This document shows, piece by piece, positions 46,160-56,414 of a stretch of 64,000 nucleotides of DNA (its first letter is position 1; each line of letters opens with the position of its first letter). The position numbers were made by a program, and so were the translations under genes. The notes under the pieces are model-generated. The model was not told the origin of the DNA, did not search any database, and saw only the letters and a program-made list of their open reading frames with translations. The stretch covers positions 52,261 to 116,260 of the forward strand of contig MHWY01000008.1 of assembly GCA_001824295.1 (NCBI GenBank), given 5' to 3'. Source of the DNA: Candidatus Zambryskibacteria bacterium RIFOXYD1_FULL_40_13 (lineage in GTDB: Bacteria; Patescibacteriota; Minisyncoccia; Phycocordibacterales; DATDWN01).

Positions 46160-48088
46160 ATGAATTATCTTGATGGATTAAATAAAGAGCAGAAAGAAGC
46201 TGTTTTGGCTACCGAGGGACCCGTTTTAATCGTGGCTGGGGCAGGAGCTGGCAAGACAAAGACCATAACCCATAGAATTCTACATCTTATTTTAAGTGGG
46301 CAGAGGCCCGACAACATCCTGGCAATTACCTTTACAAACAAAGCCGCCAAAGAGATGAGGGAGAGAGTAATGAATCTAATTGTGGGTTCAGCCGAAAGAC
46401 GTGGGGTGCCATTTGTCAGCACCTTCCATTCTCTGGGGGTACAAATTCTGAAGGAAAACTCGGAACTACTCAAGCTTCCAAGACATTTCAACATCTTCGA
46501 CAAAGCCGACTCAAAGAAAGCTCTAAAGGATGCTATTGTGTCTCTTGGGCTAGATCCCAAAGAACATTTGGATAAAGTTCAACACATAATATCTGGTGAA
46601 AAGGGCAGGGGGGTAGATATAAAAGAGTATTTGGAAAAGGAAAGCTACGACTACACATCGGAACTTACAAAAAGGGTGTGGACAAAATATGAAGAAACCC
46701 TGGTAAAGGAAAACGCTCTTGATTTTGATGATTTGTTACTGAAGACACTAAAACTTCTAAAAAAATATCCCGAGGTTCTGGAAAAATATCAAAACCGCTT
46801 TTTATACATTCATATAGACGAATACCAGGACACAAACAAGGTACAAAACGCCATTGTTGAGCTTCTAGCAAAAAAACATAGAAATTTGTGCGTGGTGGGG
46901 GATACTGACCAGAACATTTACAGCTGGCGTGGAGCAGAAATAAAAAACATGTTGCATTTTGAAAAAACCTATCCTGAAGTACAAACTTTCTTTCTGGAAC
47001 AGAATTACCGATCAACAAAAAATATTTTAGCCGTAGCAAATGAGATTATTGAAAAAAATAATTTCCGTATTCCCAAAAAACTATTTACAGAAAACGTTGA
47101 GGGAGAGAAGGTGGGTTTGTTTAGGGGTAGAAACGAAATAGATGAGGCCCACTTTATCGCCATGAAATCAAAAGAGTTAATATCATCTGGAACTACGGAT
47201 GAAAACATAGCCGTACTCTATAGGGCCAACTTTCAATCAAGAGTTTTGGAGGATGCATTTCTTTCGCACGGGGTGCCGTACCAAATGCTCGGCACAAAAT
47301 TTTTTGAGAGAAAAGAAATCAAGGATGTGGTTGGTTATATCAAAGCATCGCTCAATTCAAATGATGTTGGTAATTTCATTCGGACAATCAACATCCCACC
47401 AAGGGGTATAGGAAAAACCACCGTACAGAAAATCATCCAAGGACTGGAAAAGGACTTGCCTGAAAATACAAGGTCTAAAATAAACAACTTTAGAAACATG
47501 CTTGGAGATTTCAACGCCGTACTTAAAAATCAAAAACCAAGTGATGCAATAAAATACATCATAAAGACTTCGGGCATAGAGATTTTGTACGAAACAAAAT
47601 CCGAAGAAGATTTAGACAGATTGGAAAACATTATGGAGCTTGTTTCACTTGCAAAAAAATATGACAACTTAGAGCCAGAAGAAGGTATTGAAAAATTCTT
47701 AACCGATGCTTCGCTGGTTTCTGACCAAGATTCACTCAGCGAAAAAAGGGGTGGTGTAAAACTTATGACTGTCCATTCCTCAAAAGGCCTTGAGTTCGAC
47801 TACGTTTTTGTATCCGGACTAGAAGCCGACCTTTTTCCACACAAGAAAATGTTTGAATCAAAAAAGAGTGGCGAGGACAAGGAGGAGGAACGACGTTTGT
47901 TCTACGTGGCAGTTACTAGGGCTGGGAAAAAACTGTTTTTGACATTGGCAGACACCCGTACTATATTTGGAAATACAGAAATAAATTCACCCTCGGAATT
48001 TATAGACGACATTCCAGAAAAATACGTTGAGACCGAATCATTTGTATCTGAAACAAAAAAAGAACCGTTGTTTAGTATAGATTTTTAA
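46160..48088 (+). CDS. pcrA: UvrD/PcrA family ATP-dependent DNA helicase
   Basis: AGAGAGKT, TFTNKAA, IDEYQDTN, LEQNYRST, MTVHSSKGLEF, EEERRLFYVAVTRA. Confidence 0.95.
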   Translation: MNYLDGLNKEQKEAVLATEGPVLIVAGAGAGKTKTITHRILHLILSGQRPDNILAITFTNKAAKEMRERVMNLIVGSAERRGVPFVSTFHSLGVQILKENSELLKLPRHFNIFDKADSKKALKDAIVSLGLDPKEHLDKVQHIISGEKGRGVDIKEYLEKESYDYTSELTKRVWTKYEETLVKENALDFDDLLLKTLKLLKKYPEVLEKYQNRFLYIHIDEYQDTNKVQNAIVELLAKKHRNLCVVGDTDQNIYSWRGAEIKNMLHFEKTYPEVQTFFLEQNYRSTKNILAVANEIIEKNNFRIPKKLFTENVEGEKVGLFRGRNEIDEAHFIAMKSKELISSGTTDENIAVLYRANFQSRVLEDAFLSHGVPYQMLGTKFFERKEIKDVVGYIKASLNSNDVGNFIRTINIPPRGIGKTTVQKIIQGLEKDLPENTRSKINNFRNMLGDFNAVLKNQKPSDAIKYIIKTSGIEILYETKSEEDLDRLENIMELVSLAKKYDNLEPEEGIEKFLTDASLVSDQDSLSEKRGGVKLMTVHSSKGLEFDYVFVSGLEADLFPHKKMFESKKSGEDKEEERRLFYVAVTRAGKKLFLTLADTRTIFGNTEINSPSEFIDDIPEKYVETESFVSETKKEPLFSIDF

Positions 48089-48095
48089 GATAAAC

Positions 48096-48201
48096 ATACG
48101 AATATGCGAATAATGCAAATATACGAATGGATACGAATGAAAGGGCGCCTCTTTTGTATTATTCGTAGTCATTCGCATCATTCGTTAATTCGTATATTCG
48201 T
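48096..48201. repeat. Inverted array of CGAAT / ATTCG short repeats
   Basis: Left TACGAAT/TGCGAAT units, right ATTCGT/ATTCGC units running up to the rsmA ATG. Confidence 0.8.
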
Positions 48202-48984
48202 ATGATCAAAAAAAAATCATTAGGTCAGCATTTCTTAAATTCTCCAAAAATAATTTCTGATATTGTTTCTGCTGGAAAGGTGGGCGCGAATGATGTTGTT
48301 GTTGAGATAGGCCCGGGCGAGGGAACATTAACCTCTGCGCTTCTTAAGACCGGTGCGCGTATTATGGCGGTTGAGAAAGATGATAGGCTCATTCCTTTCT
48401 TGCAAGAAAAATTTGAAAATGAGATTTCATCTGGGAAACTCATTCTCATACACACAGACATTCTCCTTTGTGACGTAGAAAAAATCATCCGTGGACCATA
48501 CAAACTTGTAGCCAACATACCATACTACATAACAGGGCAAATAATACGAATGTTTCTAGAAAGCAAAAACCAGCCAAAACTAATGACACTACTTGTTCAA
48601 AAAGAGGTGGCCGAGAGAATCGTCGCAGGGAATAAAAAGGAAAGTTTGCTATCACTATCAGTAAAAATTTATGGTGAGCCTAAACTAGTCAGAGCCGTTG
48701 GACGAGGAGCATTCAGTCCTCAACCAAATGTAGATTCTGCTGTATTAAATATTGAAAATATATCAAGAAAAAAATTGGAAGGGGTAGAAGATAAAAAATT
48801 TTTCGAAATGATTCACGCCGGGTTTGCCCACAAACGAAAACAACTTCTTCCAAATCTTGGCGACTTATATAAAAAAGAAGATTTAATCTCGGCTTTCGAA
48901 AAATGCGGGTTGGACCCAAAGTCCAGAGCGGAAGATGTTTCTCTTGAGACATGGATAAAATTTTGTAATACAATACTGAGATGA
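48202..48984 (+). CDS. rsmA: 16S rRNA adenine dimethyltransferase RsmA/KsgA
   Basis: KKSLGQHFL, VEIGPGEG, VANIPYYIT, QKEVAERI, PQPNVDS. Confidence 0.97.
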   Translation: MIKKKSLGQHFLNSPKIISDIVSAGKVGANDVVVEIGPGEGTLTSALLKTGARIMAVEKDDRLIPFLQEKFENEISSGKLILIHTDILLCDVEKIIRGPYKLVANIPYYITGQIIRMFLESKNQPKLMTLLVQKEVAERIVAGNKKESLLSLSVKIYGEPKLVRAVGRGAFSPQPNVDSAVLNIENISRKKLEGVEDKKFFEMIHAGFAHKRKQLLPNLGDLYKKEDLISAFEKCGLDPKSRAEDVSLETWIKFCNTILR

Positions 48985-50624
48985 TGAATAAAATATTAGA
49001 GTCAATCAAAAACCAACCGATTACTGTTAGTCAATGGGTTGTTGGATTTGTTGGAATATTGTCAGTACGTTTCATCTTGGAAGCTTTTTCTAGCCCAACC
49101 ACTTCGGGAATAATTCCGTCTGACCCATTTACACTAGTGCACTACCTGCTTTTCTTTCTGTCTGTTATCCTGGGTATTGCTTGTATTGTTGGTTTCTTTA
49201 CAAAAAAATATGCTGAGACAGTAAAACTTCTACTTTTTGCTCTACCCATAACGTGGATTGCACCAATTTTGGATATAATAATTAGTTCAGGAACTGGTTA
49301 TCGCATGTCATATGTTTTTAATAGCCACAAGGAGCTTCTCCTTGATTTTTTTAGGTTTTTTAGTCCACAAATCATGCAGTGGGCCACCTATGGCATGCGA
49401 GTGGAAATATTGATTATTCTCTGTGGAATAGGTTGGTACGTGTGGACACAGAGAAAGAAAATACTCCCCGTTGTCTTATCGGTTATTGCTACATATTTTT
49501 TGATTTTTTTAATCGGTTCGACACCAGGAATCCTATACACCGTGACCAACCCCAATGCAGAAGTCACAGAAACTTCTTATGGTACTTTTTACTATGTTGC
49601 CGAATTAGTAACAGAGTCAAATATTTTTCACAACACCCTGCATGAAACGGCCTTCTCTGTTCCACCAATTAGATTTTTTGAGCTTGGTTTTAATAAACTG
49701 ATGTCCCAGATATTATTTGTTCTTTCTATTTTATTTAGCGCAATCTTATTCTGGAATATAGATAAACAAAAATTCAAGGCGGTGTTAAAAAACTCACGGG
49801 GGGAACGAATACTTTTTTATCTGACTCTCTTGGTTTTAGGAATGTGTGGTGCGTATCTTCTTGGCAACAAGCTTGGTTCTTGGGTAGATATTCTTAGTAT
49901 TGTTTGTCTTATGTTTGCCTGGATTGGAATCTGGCTATATGCAGTACAAGTAAATGATATCGAAGATATAGATATAGACAAAATTTCAAATCAAGAAAGG
50001 CCCTTAGTACAACATACTATCACCGCAAGTGAAGCAAAGGAAATCGGGTATATATGGCTTATTGTAGCCCTGGCTGGCTCGTGGTCTGTTGGTTTCTATC
50101 CCTTCTATATGTGCCTTGTAGCAATTATAATTTCTTATGTTTATTCTGTGCCTCCATTACGGTTAAAGAGAGTGACAGCACTCTCCACATTTCTAATCAG
50201 CATAGCTTGTCTTGTAACAATACTTGCTGGATTCTTCTTTGTTTCAATAAATAAGGTTGTGGCAACTTTTCCAGTATTGTTTGTAATAAAAATATTAATC
50301 ATCTTTACACTTGGAGTAAGTATTAAAGATATGAAGGATGTGGAAGGAGATGGAGTAAACGGAATAAAAACTGTGCCAGTGATATTTGGTAAAAATGGCC
50401 CGTGGGTTGTTGGTGTTTTTTTTGGTCTTAGTGTTTTGCTTGTTCCAATATTCATATCATTCTATCTGTTGTATATCATTGCTATACCAACGGCCATTAT
50501 TGGATACAAACTAGTTACAAAAACACCATACAAAGAGAAATCTGTGTTTATTTTATATTTTTCTTATCTAATACTATCAGTAATATTATTTGCAATTACC
50601 CCTTGGGTTGTCAGTTTATTCTAA
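48981..50624 (+). CDS. UbiA prenyltransferase family protein with N-terminal membrane extension
   Basis: NDIEDIDIDKISNQERPL, YSVPPLRLK and KDMKDVEGD motifs; ~270 additional TM-rich N-terminal residues. Confidence 0.85.
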   Translation: MMNKILESIKNQPITVSQWVVGFVGILSVRFILEAFSSPTTSGIIPSDPFTLVHYLLFFLSVILGIACIVGFFTKKYAETVKLLLFALPITWIAPILDIIISSGTGYRMSYVFNSHKELLLDFFRFFSPQIMQWATYGMRVEILIILCGIGWYVWTQRKKILPVVLSVIATYFLIFLIGSTPGILYTVTNPNAEVTETSYGTFYYVAELVTESNIFHNTLHETAFSVPPIRFFELGFNKLMSQILFVLSILFSAILFWNIDKQKFKAVLKNSRGERILFYLTLLVLGMCGAYLLGNKLGSWVDILSIVCLMFAWIGIWLYAVQVNDIEDIDIDKISNQERPLVQHTITASEAKEIGYIWLIVALAGSWSVGFYPFYMCLVAIIISYVYSVPPLRLKRVTALSTFLISIACLVTILAGFFFVSINKVVATFPVLFVIKILIIFTLGVSIKDMKDVEGDGVNGIKTVPVIFGKNGPWVVGVFFGLSVLLVPIFISFYLLYIIAIPTAIIGYKLVTKTPYKEKSVFILYFSYLILSVILFAITPWVVSLF

Positions 50625-50650
50625 TTAAGTAGATGTGATATAATTTTTAG

Positions 50651-51466
50651 ATGCCAAATAACAAAATTCTATTTGTCTTGATTCTTTGTGTTGGAGTAGT
50701 GACTTCGGTTTTTTTGTTTTCAAGAAATAAAAGTGCTGGCACAAACACAGAGAACACAGCGAACATCACACCAAAGTCGTACAGAAACATTGATGAAAAC
50801 ACAAACAAAGACTGGAAAAATATATTAGTAAATGTTGATACAAGCGAAAGCGCTACAACTATTCTGACCAACGATGACGAAAATTCATTTAACGAAACAA
50901 CACTTACAGCACAAATGTCGCGCGATTTCCTTTCCCAATATTTGTTAGCAATAAAAAACGGGCCCCTAACAACAGAGGATTCAGATGCAATAGCTAGAAA
51001 CACACTTTCCATTGAGGGGTATACAAACATATCTGGAGCAAAATATTTAGCCACAAACCTACACATAACAACGAAATCAGACCAAGTTACACTTCAAAAA
51101 TACGAAGATACCGTAAATAAAATGCTAAAAATCCGTTCATTAGAGGTAAAAGAAGACCCAACCACCATTTTTCAAGACTCAATAAACAGCGCAAGTGAAG
51201 TACGGCTCGCAAAGCTTGACCCAATTATCCTTTCAAACAAAGGTTTTTTGACAGACTTGCTCAGTGTTGAGGTTCCAGAGAAAGCCGTAACGGTCCACTT
51301 AGCTCTTCTCAACGCTTCAAGCAACATATTGTCTGACCTAGAGGGAATGAGATTGGTTTTTGTTGACCCAGTTAGAAGCTTGACTGCTGTTGGACAATAC
51401 AACAACCATATCTCGGATTTGAAAACTGCCGTAGAAAACATTGCGGGGTTTTTTGCTCAAAATTAA
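50651..51466 (+). CDS. Membrane-anchored hypothetical protein
   Basis: N-terminal TM, helical body; extended -10 six nt before ATG. Confidence 0.8.
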   Translation: MPNNKILFVLILCVGVVTSVFLFSRNKSAGTNTENTANITPKSYRNIDENTNKDWKNILVNVDTSESATTILTNDDENSFNETTLTAQMSRDFLSQYLLAIKNGPLTTEDSDAIARNTLSIEGYTNISGAKYLATNLHITTKSDQVTLQKYEDTVNKMLKIRSLEVKEDPTTIFQDSINSASEVRLAKLDPIILSNKGFLTDLLSVEVPEKAVTVHLALLNASSNILSDLEGMRLVFVDPVRSLTAVGQYNNHISDLKTAVENIAGFFAQN

Positions 51467-51567
51467 TTTTTCTTTGGTTAATACTTTTCAACAGAAACCC
51501 TAGTATTTAAGGGACTTGTTAATGTATAATAAACTTAATAAAAAGTATTTTATACTTAATAAAATCC

Positions 51568-54267
51568 ATGTCATATAAAAAAGTAATTGTTGGGATAATT
51601 ATCATCTCCTTTTCTGTTTTTTTTGTTCCACAGAAGAGTTACGCGCAGTATATTGACCCCGCACAGTTTGTAAAGGAATTTGCACTTGACACAATTGCAG
51701 TGGTTATTGGAAAAATAATGTTAAAAAAACTGACTTCTCAAACAGTCAACTGGATTAACTCTGGATTTCAAGGAAACCCCGCATATGTGACAGATCCAGG
51801 CCAATTCTTTCTTGATGTTGGAGACAATACTGCGGCCAAGTACCTGTCTGAAACCCAACTAAACAAGCTCTGTAGTCCATTCAAGGCAAATGTACGGCTG
51901 GCTCTGGTCAAAAACTATATTGAAGATACCAATAATTATTCCTGTACACTCGGCACTCTTGAACAAAACTACGAAGCATTCACTAACGATTTTACTCAAG
52001 GAGGATGGGATGGATGGTTTCAGATGACTCAGACCAGTGGAGGAAATCCATACAGTGCATATTTTGCAGCTGAAAGCACCTTGCTTGCAGGAATTAATGA
52101 CCAAAAGACAAAAAAAGAGACCGAGTTAAGTCAGGGTGATGGATTTTTGTCAGCACAAAAATGTAAAGCAGGAACAGCTTTCACCCAGGCAGATGTGGAC
52201 TATTGGGGGGAAATGGGTATATGGGTAGATATTGGGGAATGTTTTGAGGAAGATAAGGAAACAGTTACCCCAGGCAGTACAATAAACAAATCCTTAGGAG
52301 ATGCCCTTGGTTCCGGCTGGAAACAGCTTGAAGCTGCAGACGAACTAAACGAAGTTGTTACTGCACTTGTAACCCAACTGATTCAAAGGGTTGTTGGTGG
52401 TGTTGGTGATGGGTTAAGAGGAGCAAGCAAGTCTTCAGCAACCGGAGGAACTTCCTACACCGATCAACTAAGAGATGAGCCTCAGCCAGACCCTGTCAAT
52501 CCCGGAGAACTGCAACTCAGTGAAACCACCATGGTTTGTTTAGAATTCACAGAAGGTGCCTGTACAAAATGGGGGGTAAACCCAGGCCAAATATCCGGAC
52601 CGCCATGGCTTCCACCAATTGACGTTGAGACACCAACCCCAACCAAACCGGCAGAATGTCTCCAAAAAAACGGCAACTATGCAGGTGATCTAATGGGAGC
52701 AATGAACACTGTCTTGTCAGCAAACCCAACCCTGGCTGGCTCACCAAACACTACCGCAAACAGTTTTGCCTTCCTGGCTTTAGTTGCACAAAACCCACCC
52801 TCTGGATTTAATGTCACGGACCAGGTTTTGAACGGAAACGATAATACAAATAGAGGAGACTTGTTGGCTATATGGAAAAACGGTGATTCAAAAATGGAAA
52901 GATATGACGTGATTGCTTCATCTGGAGAAGGAGACAGAACAATCTCTTCTGCTGTATACACCGGCTTCACTGGATCAATTGCACTTAATTGTACCGCCTC
53001 TGGAGGCGGAAAGGGCTGTCACTGTGAATACGCACCAACAGAACCGTTACCACCAGAACCAACCAAAGAAAACCCATCAGTAACATCAATCAACCCAAAC
53101 CCTATTATGGTTTGGAATACACTAGAGATAACTGGTAAAAACCTAACAACAGTAGTTCAGTTTATTGATAGTGCGGGGACAAAAAACACAGAAGTGGGTC
53201 AAGGCGGTGGAACAAAAACAACAATCTTGGTGCCAAAATATTTGAAACCTGGTAATTATACGGTAAAAATCTACAAATCTGCTGATTCTATTTCCAATGG
53301 AGTTCCATTGGTTATAAAAGGAAAAACAGAACCAACAATTCCAACAATTCCAACAACGAGTAAGTGGACACCACCACAAACAAATGGTTTTGGTTGGTGG
53401 GCAAAGTTATCTCCAGATGGAAAATATGTAACATATGGGAATGGAGAAAGTTGGGTAACAAATCTCGAAACGAAACAGAGTTGGGACCTTAAGAAGGCCA
53501 TTGTTGGATTACCAGCAACTGCCGGTTGTTATGCTGGACAATGGATGTCAAACACAGTAATTTCGATTAAGTGTGATGATGACCCAACCAGCAAAGAAGA
53601 CAAATCGTACAGATATGAGGTTACGGTTGGTGAGTGGATTCCGAGAAAAACAAGTGATTCCTCAAACTTAGTTGCAAGTAACTGGATGGTAGTAGCAGAT
53701 GGACACTGGACTGGTTTTTTGGCGAGTTCTGGAAGAATTGTTCAAGATAATAAAGTTATAATTTCTGGTGTTGGTGGTGCAATCTCAGCAAGTAAAAATA
53801 AAATTGTCCACGCATGTGACAATACCAACAAAGAGATTTGTATAAGAAACAACGACGGAACTTTATATAAAAAATATTCTGTAAAAACTCCAAACCATGG
53901 AACAGCAACGCTTGACGAATATGTGGCCTATGGCGGATACGGATTGGTTCGTGGAATAACTCCACTTGGAACAGACATCAATTTAACTGTCGTTCCATGG
54001 AACAATGAGGGGGTTGGCCCAGGTGGACTGTTTTATGTTGGAAATGCCCTTTGGGTGGCCACTGTAAGTTGGGACAATGACACAGGAAATGGGTTTGCAC
54101 TACTAAGACCTTGGGGAGACATGAGGGCCCTAGCGGTTGTTGCTGACGCCGTTGATGTAAGTGTGGCCATAAGGGGTAATGATTTTGTTATCGCCTACTT
54201 CAGTGATATAGGAAAGTTAGAGGTTGTTACTGTGCCAACAAATTCCGAGAGAAAAACCTTGAATTAG
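51568..54267 (+). CDS. Large secreted multidomain protein of the T4SS-like locus
   Basis: Signal peptide; WINSGFQGNPAYV N-domain; Pro-rich linkers; IPT/TIG-like domain; beta-propeller-like C-terminus. Confidence 0.8.
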   Translation: MSYKKVIVGIIIISFSVFFVPQKSYAQYIDPAQFVKEFALDTIAVVIGKIMLKKLTSQTVNWINSGFQGNPAYVTDPGQFFLDVGDNTAAKYLSETQLNKLCSPFKANVRLALVKNYIEDTNNYSCTLGTLEQNYEAFTNDFTQGGWDGWFQMTQTSGGNPYSAYFAAESTLLAGINDQKTKKETELSQGDGFLSAQKCKAGTAFTQADVDYWGEMGIWVDIGECFEEDKETVTPGSTINKSLGDALGSGWKQLEAADELNEVVTALVTQLIQRVVGGVGDGLRGASKSSATGGTSYTDQLRDEPQPDPVNPGELQLSETTMVCLEFTEGACTKWGVNPGQISGPPWLPPIDVETPTPTKPAECLQKNGNYAGDLMGAMNTVLSANPTLAGSPNTTANSFAFLALVAQNPPSGFNVTDQVLNGNDNTNRGDLLAIWKNGDSKMERYDVIASSGEGDRTISSAVYTGFTGSIALNCTASGGGKGCHCEYAPTEPLPPEPTKENPSVTSINPNPIMVWNTLEITGKNLTTVVQFIDSAGTKNTEVGQGGGTKTTILVPKYLKPGNYTVKIYKSADSISNGVPLVIKGKTEPTIPTIPTTSKWTPPQTNGFGWWAKLSPDGKYVTYGNGESWVTNLETKQSWDLKKAIVGLPATAGCYAGQWMSNTVISIKCDDDPTSKEDKSYRYEVTVGEWIPRKTSDSSNLVASNWMVVADGHWTGFLASSGRIVQDNKVIISGVGGAISASKNKIVHACDNTNKEICIRNNDGTLYKKYSVKTPNHGTATLDEYVAYGGYGLVRGITPLGTDINLTVVPWNNEGVGPGGLFYVGNALWVATVSWDNDTGNGFALLRPWGDMRALAVVADAVDVSVAIRGNDFVIAYFSDIGKLEVVTVPTNSERKTLN

Positions 54268-54280
54268 TGCTTGAATCACA

Positions 54281-56410
54281 ATGCGTAAATTTTTTCCATA
54301 TATTTTAATAATAATTATTTTGTTTGGACTGTTTAGCCCGCTAAGTAATGTCTCCGCTGATGTAGCAAGTGTTGTAAACTATCTACTCCCTGCCCCAAAA
54401 GCGGGTGAGTGTTCAATTCTAAGTGGAGAAGGTATATGGAATTGTTTTGGGTGGGTTGGTGAAAGAATCGCCTACTATGCCATACTAGTACCCGCTTCGT
54501 GGCTAGTCTGGTTCTCTGGTATGCTTCTTGATTTTGTTATTAACTGGACTGTTGTGGGTATGAGGGAACATGTTGCCGAAATGACAGGAATAAATACTGC
54601 ATGGAAAGTTGTTCGCGACATCATGAACATTGCTTTTATATTTCTCTTAGTATACGAAGGTATAAAAACAATCCTAGGATTAAGCGAACTAAAAGAAATA
54701 AAGAAGTTTATAAGTATGGTTATCTTAGCTTCTCTGCTTGTAAACTTTAGTTTGTTTTTTACAAAGGTGATGATAGACGCATCCAACATTGTAACTGTTG
54801 GGATTTACAATGCGATTATAGATACCGATAAATTCTCAATCCACGGGCAGACAAATGAGATTGGCGGGTTATCTGTGCCATTTATGAATGCTGTCGGTGT
54901 TACGGGTTTCTACTCAGCACAAACCTTTGGTGAGGTGTCAGCAGACGCGGGTGGCCATAGTAACGCGATGATTTTCTATATTGGTGGGGCGGTTATTTTA
55001 GTAATACTCTCTTTTGTTTTCTTTGCAGTCGCAACCATGTTTGCTATTAGATATGTTACTTTACTGATTCTCCTTATGCTGTCCCCGGTTGCTTATATGG
55101 GAATGGCACTGCCTTTTGTTAAACCATATGCCACAAAATGGTGGAAGGCCCTGAATAGCCAACTACTTTTCGCTCCTATTTATATGATAATGACTTCGGT
55201 TGTTCTAACCCTTATGACAAGTGAGAACTTTCTTAAGAGTAGCGGTAGTTGGGATGGTTTGGTTAAGGGTGGCAGTACGGCACCTGGAGGACTCGGACTT
55301 ATATTTAACTTCTTTGTTGTCATTGCTCTAGCCATCGCTTCTTTGGTCATTTCAAAAAGTACTTCGGTAGATGGGTCAAATTACATCAAAGACGCAACGA
55401 CCAAGTTTTCTGCCTTTGCCGGTGGGGCTGTTATGAATAGTGCAGGAAGAGTAGGAAGGGGTAGTGTCGGTAGGGTTGGGGACATGGTCACAAACAGCGA
55501 AACCGCAAAAAACATGGCAACATCCCAAGGACATTGGTACTCTGGTTTTAATAGAACCGTGGGTAAGGTTGCACTAAAGACAGGAAACAAGGCAGCAACA
55601 AGTACATTTGATGCAAGAAATACCGGTGCTTTTGGAATGCTATCAAGTTCAACAGATGTAAAATTTGGAAAAGGGGCCGATGCTAAGAAGGTAAACTTCC
55701 AGAAAGACCTTGAAGCCAAAGCAACCAAACAGGCAGATTATGCAAAACTATTAAAACCTTCTGACACAGCAAAAGAAAGGGTAACTGCCGAGGAGGAGGA
55801 AAAAGTGAGAATAGCTGATGCACAACACGCTAACGCACAAACAGCACTTGATGCATTAAACAAGAAACGGAAAATGCTTGAGGAAAAAAGAAACAACGCA
55901 AGCGGTGTTATGGATCGCCTTGACATTCAAAAAGAAATTGATGCATTAAACAAAGAAATTCAAACAAAGAATGCTGGGGTAGCAAAGTTAAAAACCGCAA
56001 GTGACGCCGCAGTAAAGGCAAAAGAGGGCGCAGAAAAAGAGATGGCTGGGTTGTGGGAAAAAAGAGTTAATGCTTATGCATCAACCTTTAGTGATGAATC
56101 TGGTGTAGCAAAAACAGGTAGATACATAGCAAATATACTTAAGGCTGGCGGGGTAGCGGGGGCAGGACTATCACTTGGCTTTGGAGGTGTGGTAAGCGGA
56201 ATGGGTGGCGCTTCTGTAATAACAACTAAAGGGGATAAAAAGGTAATAGCAAGAAAAATAAAAGGGGTAATAAAAGACAAAAAAACAAAAATGACAAAAG
56301 AGGAGCGCAAGGAGTTAATAGACAAACTTGCAAATGCTGAGGATTCGGATGAGCCAGCACCCGTTGATACACCAGCACCAGAAACACCTCCGGCCCCACC
56401 AACAACATAA
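54281..56410 (+). CDS. VirB6/TrbL-like polytopic membrane protein
   Basis: WKVVRDIMN, LLVNFSLFFTKVMIDASN, RYVTLLILLMLSPVAY..LP..WW; Gly-rich and coiled-coil tail. Confidence 0.78.
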   Translation: MRKFFPYILIIIILFGLFSPLSNVSADVASVVNYLLPAPKAGECSILSGEGIWNCFGWVGERIAYYAILVPASWLVWFSGMLLDFVINWTVVGMREHVAEMTGINTAWKVVRDIMNIAFIFLLVYEGIKTILGLSELKEIKKFISMVILASLLVNFSLFFTKVMIDASNIVTVGIYNAIIDTDKFSIHGQTNEIGGLSVPFMNAVGVTGFYSAQTFGEVSADAGGHSNAMIFYIGGAVILVILSFVFFAVATMFAIRYVTLLILLMLSPVAYMGMALPFVKPYATKWWKALNSQLLFAPIYMIMTSVVLTLMTSENFLKSSGSWDGLVKGGSTAPGGLGLIFNFFVVIALAIASLVISKSTSVDGSNYIKDATTKFSAFAGGAVMNSAGRVGRGSVGRVGDMVTNSETAKNMATSQGHWYSGFNRTVGKVALKTGNKAATSTFDARNTGAFGMLSSSTDVKFGKGADAKKVNFQKDLEAKATKQADYAKLLKPSDTAKERVTAEEEEKVRIADAQHANAQTALDALNKKRKMLEEKRNNASGVMDRLDIQKEIDALNKEIQTKNAGVAKLKTASDAAVKAKEGAEKEMAGLWEKRVNAYASTFSDESGVAKTGRYIANILKAGGVAGAGLSLGFGGVVSGMGGASVITTKGDKKVIARKIKGVIKDKKTKMTKEERKELIDKLANAEDSDEPAPVDTPAPETPPAPPTT

Positions 56411-56414
56411 AAAT

